A stretch of 56,855 nt of DNA, counting the filler, from Basidiobolus meristosporus CBS 931.73 (lineage: Eukaryota; Fungi; Basidiobolomycota): assembly GCA_002104905.1 (NCBI GenBank). It is 3 parts of 3 records of this genome, joined end to end, with 100 filler letters (N's around TTAATTAATTAA, not from the genome) between each part and the next. Parts side by side here need not be neighbours in the genome. Positions count along the whole stretch, not along the records: positions 1 to 24,314 come from MCFE01000951.1; 2 more parts are not named here. One strand, given 5' to 3'. Below the pieces are notes generated by a model. That model made no database searches. It was not told the origin of the DNA and was given only the letters and a program-made list of their open reading frames with translations. The translations under genes and the position numbers were made by a program. Positions 12,745-24,414 of this stretch are shown here, in pieces (the stretch's first letter is position 1; each line of letters begins with the position of its first letter).

Positions 12745-13323
12745 TTGATGTCTTTAGGCTCTCCTCAGGCTTTGGAATATGGCACACAGAGTGATAGCTC
12801 TGACAAAGAAGGTTCACTAAAGGATTGTGAGCCTATTCCCACTAACAACAGTACCATATATGAGCCCAGTCAAATCCCAATATGCAACAAGGCAACACCT
12901 GCTGAAACAAATGCCAAGGATGCTTTATGGAATCAAGTGAGCCAGTAATTCATCTGCTGGTGAATGATGTAATGCTGTGGCTAGAGAACTGGCGTGTTTC
13001 CACTAATATCAATAGTGGGGGCTTTAAGGATTTATTACTACTTCTTGCCAAAATCATTCCAGGATGCAACATACCATGTACATGGTACAAGTGGACAACA
13101 ATCATGCGGCTAGCTATATATGATTCAAATACTGTCCTTATTCTAGCATTTGTTAACAGCTGCATGGCATTCATATCCAAAAATGCTACCATTGCAACAT
13201 GTCCAAATGGTCAGGAATCCACCACCATTGGGGGAAGACATTGTTCACACTCCAAATATATTCCGGCAATACCACCTGTGAGGAAGCTATTGCAGTCCAA
13301 CAGATATTGCAAAGCTATATAAT
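12745..13323 (+). pseudogene. CACTA/EnSpm-like transposase N-terminal fragment
   Basis: FKDLLLLLAKIIPGCNIPCTWY...LAFVNSCMAF...CPNG...YIPAIPPVRKLL resembles the LP-N-LP-S-Y / HACVNDC / CPxC / YxPxIPRLQRL series of CACTA transposases. Cut off by the PHIS terminus at 13324. Confidence 0.62.
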
Positions 13324-13499
13324 AGACATGTTCTGTTGGATAGTGCCACAGAGTGCCAGCCTGTTTATAGCGCCAGATTGATCTGGGACTCTACACCACC
13401 ATCTAGCAGTATAATTTTTACCATAATGCCAGTGGTAGTATATAGTTACTGGTATTTTATTTAATCTTACTTATGTTGCTCAGAATAATGCTTTCTTTG

Positions 13500-14390
13500 C
13501 TTTATTTACTCTTCATAATGCTCCAGACACATTTCTCTCAGTGGATGTCTTCTTTATGAATATACTGTGCATTGATAAATATTTTGACTATTTTAGATAT
13601 TCTGTTGTTTTCTCCTATATATGACTTTGCTCTGTAATTACCAGCCAATATGCTGAATCTCTTCAGATATCCAAATGTATGCTCTACTCTCACTCTGAAA
13701 TGATTAACTATTGCATTGTAGAGCTTCTGCTTCCTGCTAAGCACACCATTCCTTGGCTTCCAACATGCTTCAATACATCTTAATCTCTGACAATCCTCTC
13801 CTATATAAGCTAAGTCCACCATACATTTCCCCCCTCCTACTGAATTCTGAATGATTCTCTACCCAGAGTGCTTTGTCATGCCTATTTCTAGTATATGGCC
13901 CACTAAACCAGGTGATGTTACCCTCATTGTCAGACAGTGCTTGAAACTTCACACGGTGTGCCTTGCACTTGCTATAATAAAAGTGCCTCTGCACTCTAGG
14001 GGGTCTGTCAATCCTGACTGCAAAGGTATCTAAAATACTCCTTTTATGAAACCAGTTGCTGAACACTCTGGGATATGGATGTCTATTGGAGCTTCTGAAC
14101 CTAGTATACCAAGGTTGCTCTAAGTTATTCATACCCTCTGGAAGGTGATTCTCCATTGCTGTCAGCTGGGAATGACAGCTTCTACAGCTTTTGTAACCAT
14201 GTATGGTAGGATGAAACCTTGAGGGGCAACAGTTCTTGTAATAGCAGAGAATCTTAACAAGGGATCTCCTTGAGTAGACTGGGGTAGATGCTCCACAGTA
14301 CTTGGTATAGATCTCCTCTAGTGTGTCAAAAGGAAATCCAGCGGTAGTGATAGGATTAGTGAGAAAAAGCCATTCAGATGATTAAGTTGT
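13500..14390 (-). pseudogene. DDE_Tnp_4-type transposase of copy 3
   Basis: ORF pieces 13770..14156 and 13538..13822 align to the transposases of copies 1 and 2 (ILDTF, DLAYIG, RVRVEHTFG). Confidence 0.9.
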
Positions 14391-14667
14391 ATTAAAATTG
14401 GATGGTGATTGGGCTGAAGTAATATAGACTTGTTCCGTTGGATAGTGCCACATAGTGCCAGCCTGTTTATGGTGCCGGATCAATCTGCACTCTACGGCAC
14501 TATCTGGCACTATAATATCTACCATGATGCCAGTGGTATGATACAGTTACTGGTAGTGTTACTCAATCTTACTTATGTTGCTCAGAATAGTGCTTTCCTT
14601 GCTATACTTATTCTTCATAATGCTCCAGACACATTTCTCTCAGTGGATGTCTTCTTGTATGAACATA

Positions 14668-15492
14668 CTATGCATTAATAAGTATCTTAACTATTTTACC
14701 TATTCCGCTGTTTTCTCCTATATATGACTTTGCTCTGTAATTACCAGCCAATATGCTGAATCTCCTCAGATATCCAAATGTGTGCTCTACCCTCACTCTG
14801 AAATGATTAAATATCTCATTGTAGAGCTTCTGCTTCCTGCTAAGCACACCATTCCTTGGCTTCCTATAAGCTGTAATACATCCTAATCTCTGACAATCCT
14901 CTCCTATATACGCTAAGTCTGCCATACATTTCTCCCCTCTACTGAATTCAGGATGATTCTCTACCCAGAGTGCTTTGTCATGCGTACTTCCAGCAAATGG
15001 CCCACTAAACCAGATGATGTTACCCTCAATGTCAGACAGTGCTTGAAACTTCATACAGTGTGCCTTGTACTTGCCAGAATAAAAGTGCCTCTGCCCTCTA
15101 GAAGGTCTGTTAATCCTCACTGGGAAGGTATCCACAATACTCCTGATATGGAACCTGTTGCTGAACACTCTGGGGTATGGAAGTCTATTGGAGCTTCTGA
15201 ACCTAGTATTACAAGCTTGCTCTAAGTCATTCATATCCTCTGCAAGGTGGTTATCCATTGCTGTCAGCTGGGAATGAAAGCTTCTAGGACTTTTGTTGCC
15301 ATGGATGGTGGGATGAAACCTTGTAGGACAATAGTTCTTGTAATAGCAGAGAAGCTTAACAAGGGATCTCCTTGAGTAGATTGGGGTTGATGGTCCACAG
15401 TACTTGGAATAGATCTCCTCTAGTGTGTCAAAAGGAAATCCAGTGGTAGTGATGGGATTGATGAGAAAAGACCATTCAGATGAGTAAGTCAT
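14668..15492 (-). CDS. DDE transposase of copy 2 (274 aa; probably truncated by ~20 aa)
   Basis: Catalytic motifs VDTFP, MADLAY, RVRVEHTFG. Copies 1 and 3 have CAG where this copy has TAG, and continue QYVHTRRHPLRE... Confidence 0.85.
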   Translation of the reverse strand: MTYSSEWSFLINPITTTGFPFDTLEEIYSKYCGPSTPIYSRRSLVKLLCYYKNYCPTRFHPTIHGNKSPRSFHSQLTAMDNHLAEDMNDLEQACNTRFRSSNRLPYPRVFSNRFHIRSIVDTFPVRINRPSRGQRHFYSGKYKAHCMKFQALSDIEGNIIWFSGPFAGSTHDKALWVENHPEFSRGEKCMADLAYIGEDCQRLGCITAYRKPRNGVLSRKQKLYNEIFNHFRVRVEHTFGYLRRFSILAGNYRAKSYIGENSGIGKIVKILINA

Positions 15493-15849
15493 ATTAAAAT
15501 TGGTGGATGATTGTATGGAGGCGGTTTGAATTGATTTGGCGCAATCTTCATTGTTTACCTAATTTTTAATACATTATGGTTAAATCTCCATCAGTTGCCA
15601 TGTATCCCATCATTATGTTGCAAAATCATCCGCAAACAATACCTTGGTACTTTTATTGATGCTTTAATCATAGGTCTATAATCAAATAGGAAATCTGCAA
15701 TTGATGTGATCTGATCCGTGTCAACACAAATCAAGATGCATCATGCATAATATACGGAAAATTCAACAATACATTAGTTTTCATATATATTTCATATAAG
15801 ACCAGGTTGATGCCAATATTCTGCTGTATAAGTATCCATATCCATTGCT

Positions 15850-17095
15850 ATGGTCCCCATACCAAGCCTCAACTCATCTTTAGTACAACCCAGACAAAAC
15901 CCATCCCCCAGCTCATAAGCACAGCCTGGACCAGAAAAGTCAATGTTGGATCCATTTGAGTTCTCACCGAATGATTTTAGTATGGCCCAAGTGTCTATGA
16001 TGAGCCTTTACAGATATTTGGGTACTACTGATTAATCTAGCAGAACTAGATACCTCAGAGAGTTGACAAAGATGGAAGATTTTGAGTAGAAAGCTGTGGC
16101 ATGAGTTCTACATCAAGATGCCAGCCAATGTATGTAAAAAGATATATAACAAGGCAAGTATTGAAATCAAGAATGAGCTGAGAGTGAGGGGATTTGACAA
16201 AGAAGCCGCGTGGGAACAATTTCAAGCGCAATTTGCACAGTACAGGCCGGATGCATCCATTTGTGCCTTGACTTTGGGAACCAAGGAGATTTTGAATGAG
16301 TTTTTGCCTCAAATGACTAATGTACTATGTGATATATTAGTAGAGCTAAGTGGCTTCCAGGAGCAATATACACAGGACTCATCCAGGCAACAGCTCCAAA
16401 GTATCAGACAGAGGGTAAGTGAATACCTTGAGGAATCAGATGGTGAGCTTCAGGAGGAAGAATACAGACCGCAAGCAACATTGTCCAGATTGTGCCAGCA
16501 CACCTTGCTTGATTCCCTACCATCTCTTGCAATCGCAGCGTGCCAGCACACATCAGTCCAGACCATGCCAACACCCTTTACCAGAACACCCCGCATCAAG
16601 TCAACGTGCGTTGGGTCAACGCGCATGCTTCAGAGCAAAACTACAAGAACTCGCCAAACTGCTCATTTAGACACAAGTCCATTGGAGCGGACCAAGTCGC
16701 GTCAACATGCAGCATCACATTGAGCTCAGCCAAGGGCCATCTCAACGTGTCAAGGCGCGCCTGCGCGTGCCGTTTTGCCTGACCATCAGCAAGTTACTTC
16801 TGGTGAACTGACTGATGATGACCAACATGAAGTGCCTCAACCACCGGAGCCCTTGGCAAGTAAAAGAACGTGTCAGCCCATGGCACTACAGGCTGGTTCA
16901 GTTGGTTCAGTTGGAGCAATTCAGCGCGGCCAAGCTATAGCATTACACTCATCAACTAGGAGGCAAAATACTGCCTACAAATACACAAGTAGCCAAGATG
17001 ATAGTCAGCCAGCAAGTAGTACAGGTGTGCAAAGTGAGTCACTACCAAATGCTTCAGTAGTAATCCCTGTGAGAAAAAAACCCAGGAGAAGATGA
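15850..17095 (+). pseudogene. ORF1 (accessory protein) of PHIS copy 2
   Basis: Homologous to 21570-22832; early TAA at 15916 and a frameshift at ~16007. Confidence 0.85.
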
Positions 17096-17363
17096 TGCAA
17101 TTGCTTTGAACTGCTATTATTTGTAATGATCCCAACAACCCATTTTTTTTTGCAATCTAAATCAAGCCATTGCAAATCAGTGATCATCAAATTTTTGATA
17201 TAAGTAATATCAAGCTCATCTCATATTTGAGATAGTACCCCTATAAATAAACACCCTGCATATATATACATCATCTGTAAAGCCAGTGCAGCTATTGGAT
17301 CTGTTTTGCACCTACCCAATTGCTTGCGTGCCAGCTATGACACCTTGTCCAATCACTAGGATC

Positions 17364-18145
17364 CAAGTAGAGTCACACCAGATGCAGTGCCTGGGCAAAG
17401 GTCTTTGTCCCTCAGTAGCAACCTCAGCTGAGCCATTAATCTTGAGGGCTAGCTTTTGTAGCTGTTCAGCAAGTTGGTCAATTCTGTTGGTAGTGTAGGT
17501 CTGATTGTCAGCAGCAGCACTCCATGGTTCCTTGGTTGTCTGGTCTGGCAGATTAGATGTCAGGAGTCTCATAAAGGTAGAAGTTTGCTTTGCCTCTAGG
17601 AGAACACGTTTCATCTCTTCAAAGCAAGGAATGCCAGACTTGTCATCCTTGGCTGCATGTAAGTCAACTTTCCTTGCCAAGTCCTGGGGAAGCCCTTGTG
17701 CAAGGTAAAGTGTCATGGTAAACTCAGTTATAGCCTGGGACTCTAGGAGTGGCTTGGCCATATCTTCATACTGTTGAATGAACTCTTCAAGTGGTAGCTT
17801 GGAAAGTCCAGTTCTTCCAAAGTGCCTGAGGTCTTCAATTCCATAGTATATCTGGGGTCTACCATACTTGGTCTGTAGGTAGGTCTTCATTAAGGCCCAG
17901 TCAGTGAGAATGTCTCCTTGTCTGAGAAGCTTAGTGGTAATATCATCGGTGCAGTAGTAGGGGAAGTCTTCAGCCATTTCTTGTTCAGATGGGCTGCACG
18001 TCTTGCAGAGCTTCTCCCATTTGAATATGAGGCTTTCCACATTCTTTCCATCAAACTGTTGGGCTCCATGTGAGAGTGGTAATGGCATAGAGTTCATATT
18101 GGGCAGGTAGGTTGGTGTTGTAATCTTGATAATATTGGTAGTCAC
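17364..18145 (-). pseudogene. Truncated gag of the LTR-B retrotransposon
   Basis: MPLPLSHGAQQFDGKNV-type fungal gypsy gag start, ending in a half knuckle CIWCDS fused to PHIS sequence at 17363. Confidence 0.8.
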
Positions 18146-18216
18146 TTTTCAATAGGTGGATAACAGCTCAAACCTTCAGGTAAATCTTGTTGGGTCCTAG
18201 GGAGCTTGTATGAACC

Positions 18217-18233
18217 CCCCACGTTGGGTGCCA
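18217..18233 (-). promoter_or_regulatory. Primer-binding site of the LTR-B element (tRNA-Lys CUU type)
   Basis: TGGCACCCAACGTGGGG, 4 nt inside the LTR; differs from the canonical Lys1,2 PBS TGGCGCCCAACGTGGGG by one CG>CA change. Confidence 0.8.
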
Positions 18234-18237
18234 AATA

Positions 18238-19307
18238 TATGGTGGTGTATAAGTCCAAGGGAGAGATACGTCCAACACTTCTCAAGTGTTTTGTGGTGGG
18301 GTGTTCACTGGGTGCAATAACCTCTGGCAAAAGCTTGCTAGGAATACTTGGGTTTTGTCTCTAATCTAATGTGAAGGGAAATAAAGCCACAAGCTTGTCA
18401 AGGGAAAACTATTGAGCTACAATCCCCAACTTAGTTGGTGTCTTAACAAAAGTATGTGCTGGGTTCAGCATCCTTTGAGATGACAATGTACTAAAGCTTC
18501 CAAAGTCAAAACAACTGTAAACTCCACCAGCAGGGACTTGATAAGAATGCAGCTGTGGTCAATAGTTACAAAGACAGAAAAGTATCTTTGCCTGTACAAG
18601 AACAAACTTGGGAGAGAATCAAATATAATAAAAGATATCTACTCTGAGTATTCCTCACAAGTAGTGCCTCCAAGGTCAGTTGGCTGTCAGCACAGTTTCC
18701 TGGGAGTGTCCTGTGGTCTGGGGTTGGAAGTTCAGGTAGCAGCAGGTAGCAGTGATCACACTAATCAACAAGTTGGTATATTGATAAAGGGGACAATGAT
18801 TTATTGTTGAGGGATAGCCTCCCTTATATACTTTTCTTACTGGCTAAGTGATTACTAATCATGGTGTTCCAGAAGGTTTCGGATATCAATAGATATCTCA
18901 ATGACATCAGAATGACCTAAGAATGTTCTAAGTAGGTGCTGGAAGGTTCTGAGAGGCACAGCACATCCAACCAATCAGGAATCAGTATTCTGAAACCTGT
19001 GTAACATAGGAACACCATATATGGTATGGAAATGCTAGGGATGGTGACACGGGTTGATCATGTGTCACGGGTACTGGCACGGGTACTTGCCTAATTTAGA
19101 AGCACTTACAGCTGGTAATCTTACATAAAGTGCGGGGTAACTTATGCAATAAGGTAAGCAGGTGTGATAGTCAACCGGCTTATGGGATAGTACTGATTGG
19201 GTAAGACAAATGGGATAAAACTAAAATAAGTGTAGTAGAGATATAGGAAAGTAGAAAATAAGGGAATGAGCACATCTGTCAATGGGTGTCACTGTCACCC
19301 CACTACA
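18238..19307 (-). repeat. 5' LTR-B (~1.07 kb), uninterrupted copy
   Basis: Reverse complement of the reconstructed solo LTR at 5302-11312; followed by PBS and gag. Confidence 0.92.
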
Positions 19308-20061
19308 GCACAATCATCTGTGACAACCACATTGTGTCAGATTGTGCCATAGTGTGCAAGATTGTCCCGCATTGTGCAAAATTGTCCAAGAACAATCCTG
19401 CCTTCTGGTAGCTATTGTATTGCGCACAATTGTTCTTTACAACCGTGGATCATGCCGCGCACCCTGGCATGGTACAATGGAACAAGTCTTATGTATTGAT
19501 GCGGTGCAATCAGCTTTATTTATCTGATCTTCCATGCATTACAATTGAATCTCCATTAATTGCCATGCTTGCCATCATTATGTTGCAAGAATTTTCCTCA
19601 AACAATGACTTAGTATCTGTATTGATGCTTTGCCCACAAGTCTTTAATCAAATAGGAAATCTGCAATTGATAGGATTCAATTCATGTCAATGCAATCTGA
19701 GATGCATCATGCTTAATATATGGAAAACTCAGCAATCTCATTAGTTTTCTTATGTATCATATATGACCAGGTTGCTGCCAATACACTACTGTATAAGTAT
19801 CCAAATCTGTCACCATGGTCCCTATACCAAGTCTTGACTCATCTTTAGTACAACCAAGACAAAACCCCTCCCCTAGCTCACAAGCACAGTCTGGACCAGA
19901 AAAGTTAATGTCTGATCCATTTGGTTTCTTGCCAAATGATTTTAGTATGGCCCATGTTTCTATGTTGAGCCTTCATACAGATACTTGGGCACTACTTGTT
20001 AATCTAGCAGAACTAGATACCTCAGAGAGTCAACAGAGATGGAAGAACCTGAGTAGATAGC

Positions 20062-20589
20062 TGTCATGATCACATGACATCCCTGGTCTCCAATTATCCA
20101 GCCAAATAAAGTCAGTGAAGAAATCCCAATCCCTTCTAGAAAGATCTACTACATTCTAGCAACTTCTTGAAAGCTGCAAGTCAATGTTACGCAATGGAAC
20201 ATTCTATCGAAGCTTTCCATTAGATTTTCTGTAGTCCCATGCCATATATGGTAACCACATACCACATGACCAAGTCATATGATCAGCTGACCCCTGACAT
20301 ATCTCCACGTGATATTCCCGCCTGTTCTTTAGTATATTCTTTCTTGGCACACTTACTGTGCCTCACCCCAGAACCCCATCAGTATTAGCCAATATCTCTT
20401 GGTTTCCATATTGCCAAAAAGTATATATAGCCCTATCCCCCCTTATGTATTCCTCAGCCTGATAAACACAGGTCTTGAATAAACAGCCTTGCCTTGGAAA
20501 CACATCTTGCCTTGTTCAACCACACCTAAGTCCTTTCCTGGTCCTGCCTTGCCTAGCTCTACTCTCCGGCCTTGTGTCTATTTATAACA
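20062..20589. mobile_element. Solo LTR-C (528 bp) in ORF1 of PHIS copy 3
   Basis: TGTCAT...ATAACA ends with 5-bp TSD ATAGC (20057-20061 / 20590-20594); ORF1 homology resumes exactly after the TSD. Confidence 0.85.
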
Positions 20590-21569
20590 ATAGCTGTGGC
20601 ATGAGTTCTACATTATGATGCCAGTGGATGTTTGTAGAAAGATATACAACAAGAGAAATATTGAAATCAAGAATGAGCTGAGAATGAGGGGATTTGATGA
20701 GGAAGCCACATGAGAACAATTTTGCGTGCAATTTGCACAGTACAGGCTGGACACATCTGTTTGTGCCTCAACTTTGGGAAACAAAGAGATTTTGAATGAG
20801 TTTTTGTCTAAAATGACCAATGTATTAGACTTGTTCCATGGTACCGTGCCAGGGCGCGCGGCGCAATCCGCGGTTGCAAAGAACGATCGGGCGCAATATT
20901 ATAGCTACCAGAAGGCAGGATCGTTCTTGGACAATTTCGCACTATGCGGGACGATCTTGCACACTATGGCACAATCTGACACAATGAGGTTGGCGCGGAT
21001 GATCGCGCCAACTCGTAATGCTTGCATCACGTGCGCGATTGGATACCGCTATAATGGCAGGTAAAATCCGGTATTTGGATATGTTTCTTTAATGTAAATG
21101 GAAATAAATGTGTATCACACTATAAACTACACTGATACTTACCATTTTGGTTACCCTCACTCCAATTGGACGGTATCTCAGTGGTTAATTGGTCCAAAAG
21201 TATCCTGAAGCTGGCAGCCCCCAATTGGCTCATTGACTACTGAAAAAGCTACCTGATTCGCCATCAAATATCCCATTTTGCCTATTGAGCAAGTAAATCC
21301 CTGATCCTAGTGATTGGGCAAGGTGTCATAGCTAGCACGCAAGCGATTGTGTAGGTGCAAAACAGATCCAATAGCTGCACTGGTATTACAGATGACCTAT
21401 ATATATGCAGGGTGTTTATTTATAGGGGTTCTGTCTCAAATGTGAGACGACCTTGATATTACTTATATCAAAAATTTGATGATCACTGATTTGCGATGGC
21501 TCGATTTGGATCGCAAAAAAAAAGGGTTGTTGGGATCATTACAAATGTGAGCAATTCAAAGCGATCGCA

Positions 21570-22832
21570 TCATCTTCTCCTGGGTTTTTTTCTCACAGGG
21601 ATTACTACTGAAGCATTTGGTAGTGACTCACTTTGCACACCTATACTACTTCCTGGCTGACTATCATCTTGGCTACTTGTGTATTCGTAGTCAGTATTTT
21701 GCCTCCTAGTTGATGAGTGCGATGCTGCAGCTTGGCCGCGCTGAATCGCTCCGACTGAACCAACTGAACCGGCCTGTAGTGCCACGTGCTGACGCGTTCT
21801 TTTACTTGCCAAGGGCTCCGGTGGTTGAGGCACTTCATGTTGGTCATCATCAGTCAGTTCACCAGAAGTAACTTGCTGATGGTCAGGCGAAAGGGCACGC
21901 GCAGGCACGCCTTGACGCGTTGAGATGGCCCTTGGCTGAGTTCAATGTGATGCCGCATGTTGACGCGACTTGGTCCGCTCCAATGGCCTTGTGTCTAAAT
22001 GAGCAGTTTGGCAAGTTCTGGTAGTTTTGCTCTGAAGCGCGCACGTTGACCCAACGCGCGTTGACTCAATGCACGTTGACTCAACACGGGGCGTTCTGGT
22101 AAAGGGTGTTGGCGTAGTCTGGACTGATGTGCGCCGGCGTGCTGTGGTTGCAAGAGATGGTAGGGAATCCAGCACGGCGTGCTGGCGCAATCTGGACGAT
22201 GTTGCTTGCGGTCTGTATTCTTCCTCCTGAAGCTCACCATCTGATTCCTCAAGGTATTCACTTACCCTCTGTCTGATACTTTGGAGCTGTTTCCTGGATG
22301 AGTCCTGTGTATATTGCTCTCGGAAGCCACTTAGCTCTACTAATATATCGCGTAGTACATTAGTCATTTGAGGCAAAAACTCATTCAAAATCTCTTTGGT
22401 TCCCAAAGTTGAGGCACGAACGGATGTGTCCGGCCCGTACTGTGCAAATTGCGCGCGAAATCGTTCCCGCACGGCTTCCTTGTCAAATCCCCTCACTCTC
22501 AGCTCATTCTTGACTTCAATACTTGTCTTGTTATATATCTTTTTACATACATCGGCTGGCATCTTGATGTAGAACTCATGCCACAGCTTTCTACTCAAAT
22601 TCTTCCATCTTTGTCGACTCTCTGAGGTATCTAGTTCTGCTAGATTAATCAGTAGTGCCCAAATATCTGTATGAAGGCTCATCATAGACACTTGGGCCAT
22701 ACTAAAATCATTTGGCAAGAACTCGAACAGATCTGACATCAACTTTTCCGGTCCGGACCGCGCTTGTGAGCTGGGGGATGGGTTTTGTCTGGGTTGTACT
22801 AAAGATGAGTTGAGGCTTGGTATGGGGACCAT
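21570..22832 (-). CDS. ORF1 accessory protein of PHIS copy 1 (296 aa, then in-frame TGA, then 123 further codons ending RKKPRRR)
   Basis: ORFs 21942..22832 and 21570..21908 are in one frame. Position matches the second (DNA-binding) gene of PHIS elements, but I cannot see a clear Myb/SANT motif. Confidence 0.7.
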
Positions 22833-23191
22833 AGCAACGGATTTGGATACTTATACAGCAGTATATTGGCATCAACCTGGTCTTATATGAAATATTTATG
22901 AAAACTAAAGTGATTGTTGAATTTTCCATATATTATGCATGATGCATCTTGGATCGCGTTGACACAGATCAGATCACATCAATTGCAGATTTCCTATTTG
23001 ATTATAGACCTATGATTAAAGCATCAATAAAAGTACCAAGGCATTTTTTGCGGATGATTTTTGGGACATAATGATGGGATACATGGCAATTGATGGAGAT
23101 TTAACCATAATGTGTTAAAAATCAGATAAATAACGCAGATCGCGCCAAATCAATTCAAACCGCCTCCATACAATCATCCATCAATTTTAAT

Positions 23192-24075
23192 ATGACTTAC
23201 TCATCTGAATGGTCTTTTCTCATCAATCCCATCACTACCACTGGATTTCCTTTTGACACACTGGAGGAGATCTATTCCAAGTACTGTGGACCATCAACCC
23301 CAATCTACTCAAGGAGATCCCTTGTTAAGCTTCTCTGCTATTACAAGAACTATTGCCCTACAAGGTTTCATCCCACCATGCATGGCAACAAAAGTCCTAG
23401 AAGCTTTCATTCCCAGCTGACAGCAATGGAGAACCACCTTGCAGAGGGTATGAATGACTTAGAGCAAGCTTGGAATACTAGGTTTAGAAGCTCCAATAGA
23501 CTTCCATATCCCAGAGTGTTCAGCAACAGGTTCCATATCAGGAGTATTTTGGATACCTTCCCAGTGAGGATTAACAGACCTTCTAGAGGGCAGAGGCACT
23601 TTTATTCTGGCAAGTACAAGGTACACTGTGTGAAGTTTCAAGCACTGTCTGACATTGAGGGTAACATCATCTGGTTTAGTGGGCTATTTGCTGGAAGTAG
23701 GCATGACAAAGCACTCTGGGTAGAGAATCATCCTGAATTCAGTAGAGGGGAGAAATGTATGGCAGACTTGGCCTATATAGGAGAGGATTGTCAGAGATTA
23801 GGATGTATTACAGCTTATAGGAAGCCAAGGAATGGTGTGCTTAGCAGGAAGCAGAAGCTCTACAATGAGATATTTAATCATTTTAGAGTGAGGGTAGAGC
23901 ACACATTTGGATATCTGAAGAGATTTAGCATATTGGCTGGTAATTACAGAGCAAAGTCATATATAAGAGAAACAGCAGAATAGGTAAAATAGTTAAGATA
24001 CTTATCAATGCACAGTATGTTCATACAAGAAGACATCCACTGAGAGAAATGTGTCTGGAGCATTATGAAGAGTAA
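23192..24075 (+). pseudogene. DDE transposase of copy 1 with a 1-bp deletion near the 3' end
   Basis: LDTFP, MADLAY, RVRVEHTFG. GAGAAACAG here versus GAGAAAACAG in copy 2 (~23969) gives an early stop at 23983; the consensus stop is at 24073-24075. Confidence 0.88.
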
Positions 24076-24314
24076 ATAAGCAAGGAAAGCACTATTCTGA
24101 GCAACATAAGTAAGATTGAGTAAAATTACCAGTAACTGTATCATACCACTGGCATTATGGTTAGAAATTATAGTGCCAGATAGTGCCGTAGAGTGCCAGA
24201 TCAATCCGGCACTATAAACCGGCTGGCACTATGTGGCACTATCCAACGGAACAAGTCTATTATGTGATATATTAGTAGAGCCAGGTTGCTTCTAAGAGTA
24301 ATATAAACAGAACT

Positions 24315-24414
24315 NNNNNNNNNNNNNNNNNNNNNNNNNNNNNNNNNNNNNNNNNNNNTTAATTAATTAANNNNNNNNNNNNNNNNNNNNNNNNNNNNNN
24401 NNNNNNNNNNNNNN
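24315..24414. other. Artificial contig linker
   Basis: 44 N + TTAATTAATTAA (stops in all six frames) + 44 N. Confidence 0.99.

Larger units (their letters stand above)
14426..19489 (-). mobile_element. PHIS transposon copy 2, inserted in the spacer of copy 3
   Basis: Perfect 11-bp TIRs AGACTTGTTCC at both ends, 3-bp TSD TAT (14423-14425 / 19490-19492), inverted relative to copy 1. Confidence 0.93.
20827..24258 (+). mobile_element. PHIS transposon copy 1, full length (3432 bp), youngest
   Basis: TIRs AGACTTGTTCC, TSD ATT (20824-20826 / 24259-24261), divergent ORF1 and transposase, subterminal AGTGCC x3 then GGCACT x3 at the right end, CpGs retained. Confidence 0.96.
13324..24314 (-). mobile_element. 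PHIS (PIF/Harbinger superfamily) transposon, oldest copy 3, host of later insertions; runs off the contig
   Basis: Degenerate TIR AGACATGTTC at 13324, decayed transposase ~13500-14390, spacer resumes at 19493, ORF1 pieces 19815-20061, 20595-20826 and 24262-24314. Confidence 0.85.
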
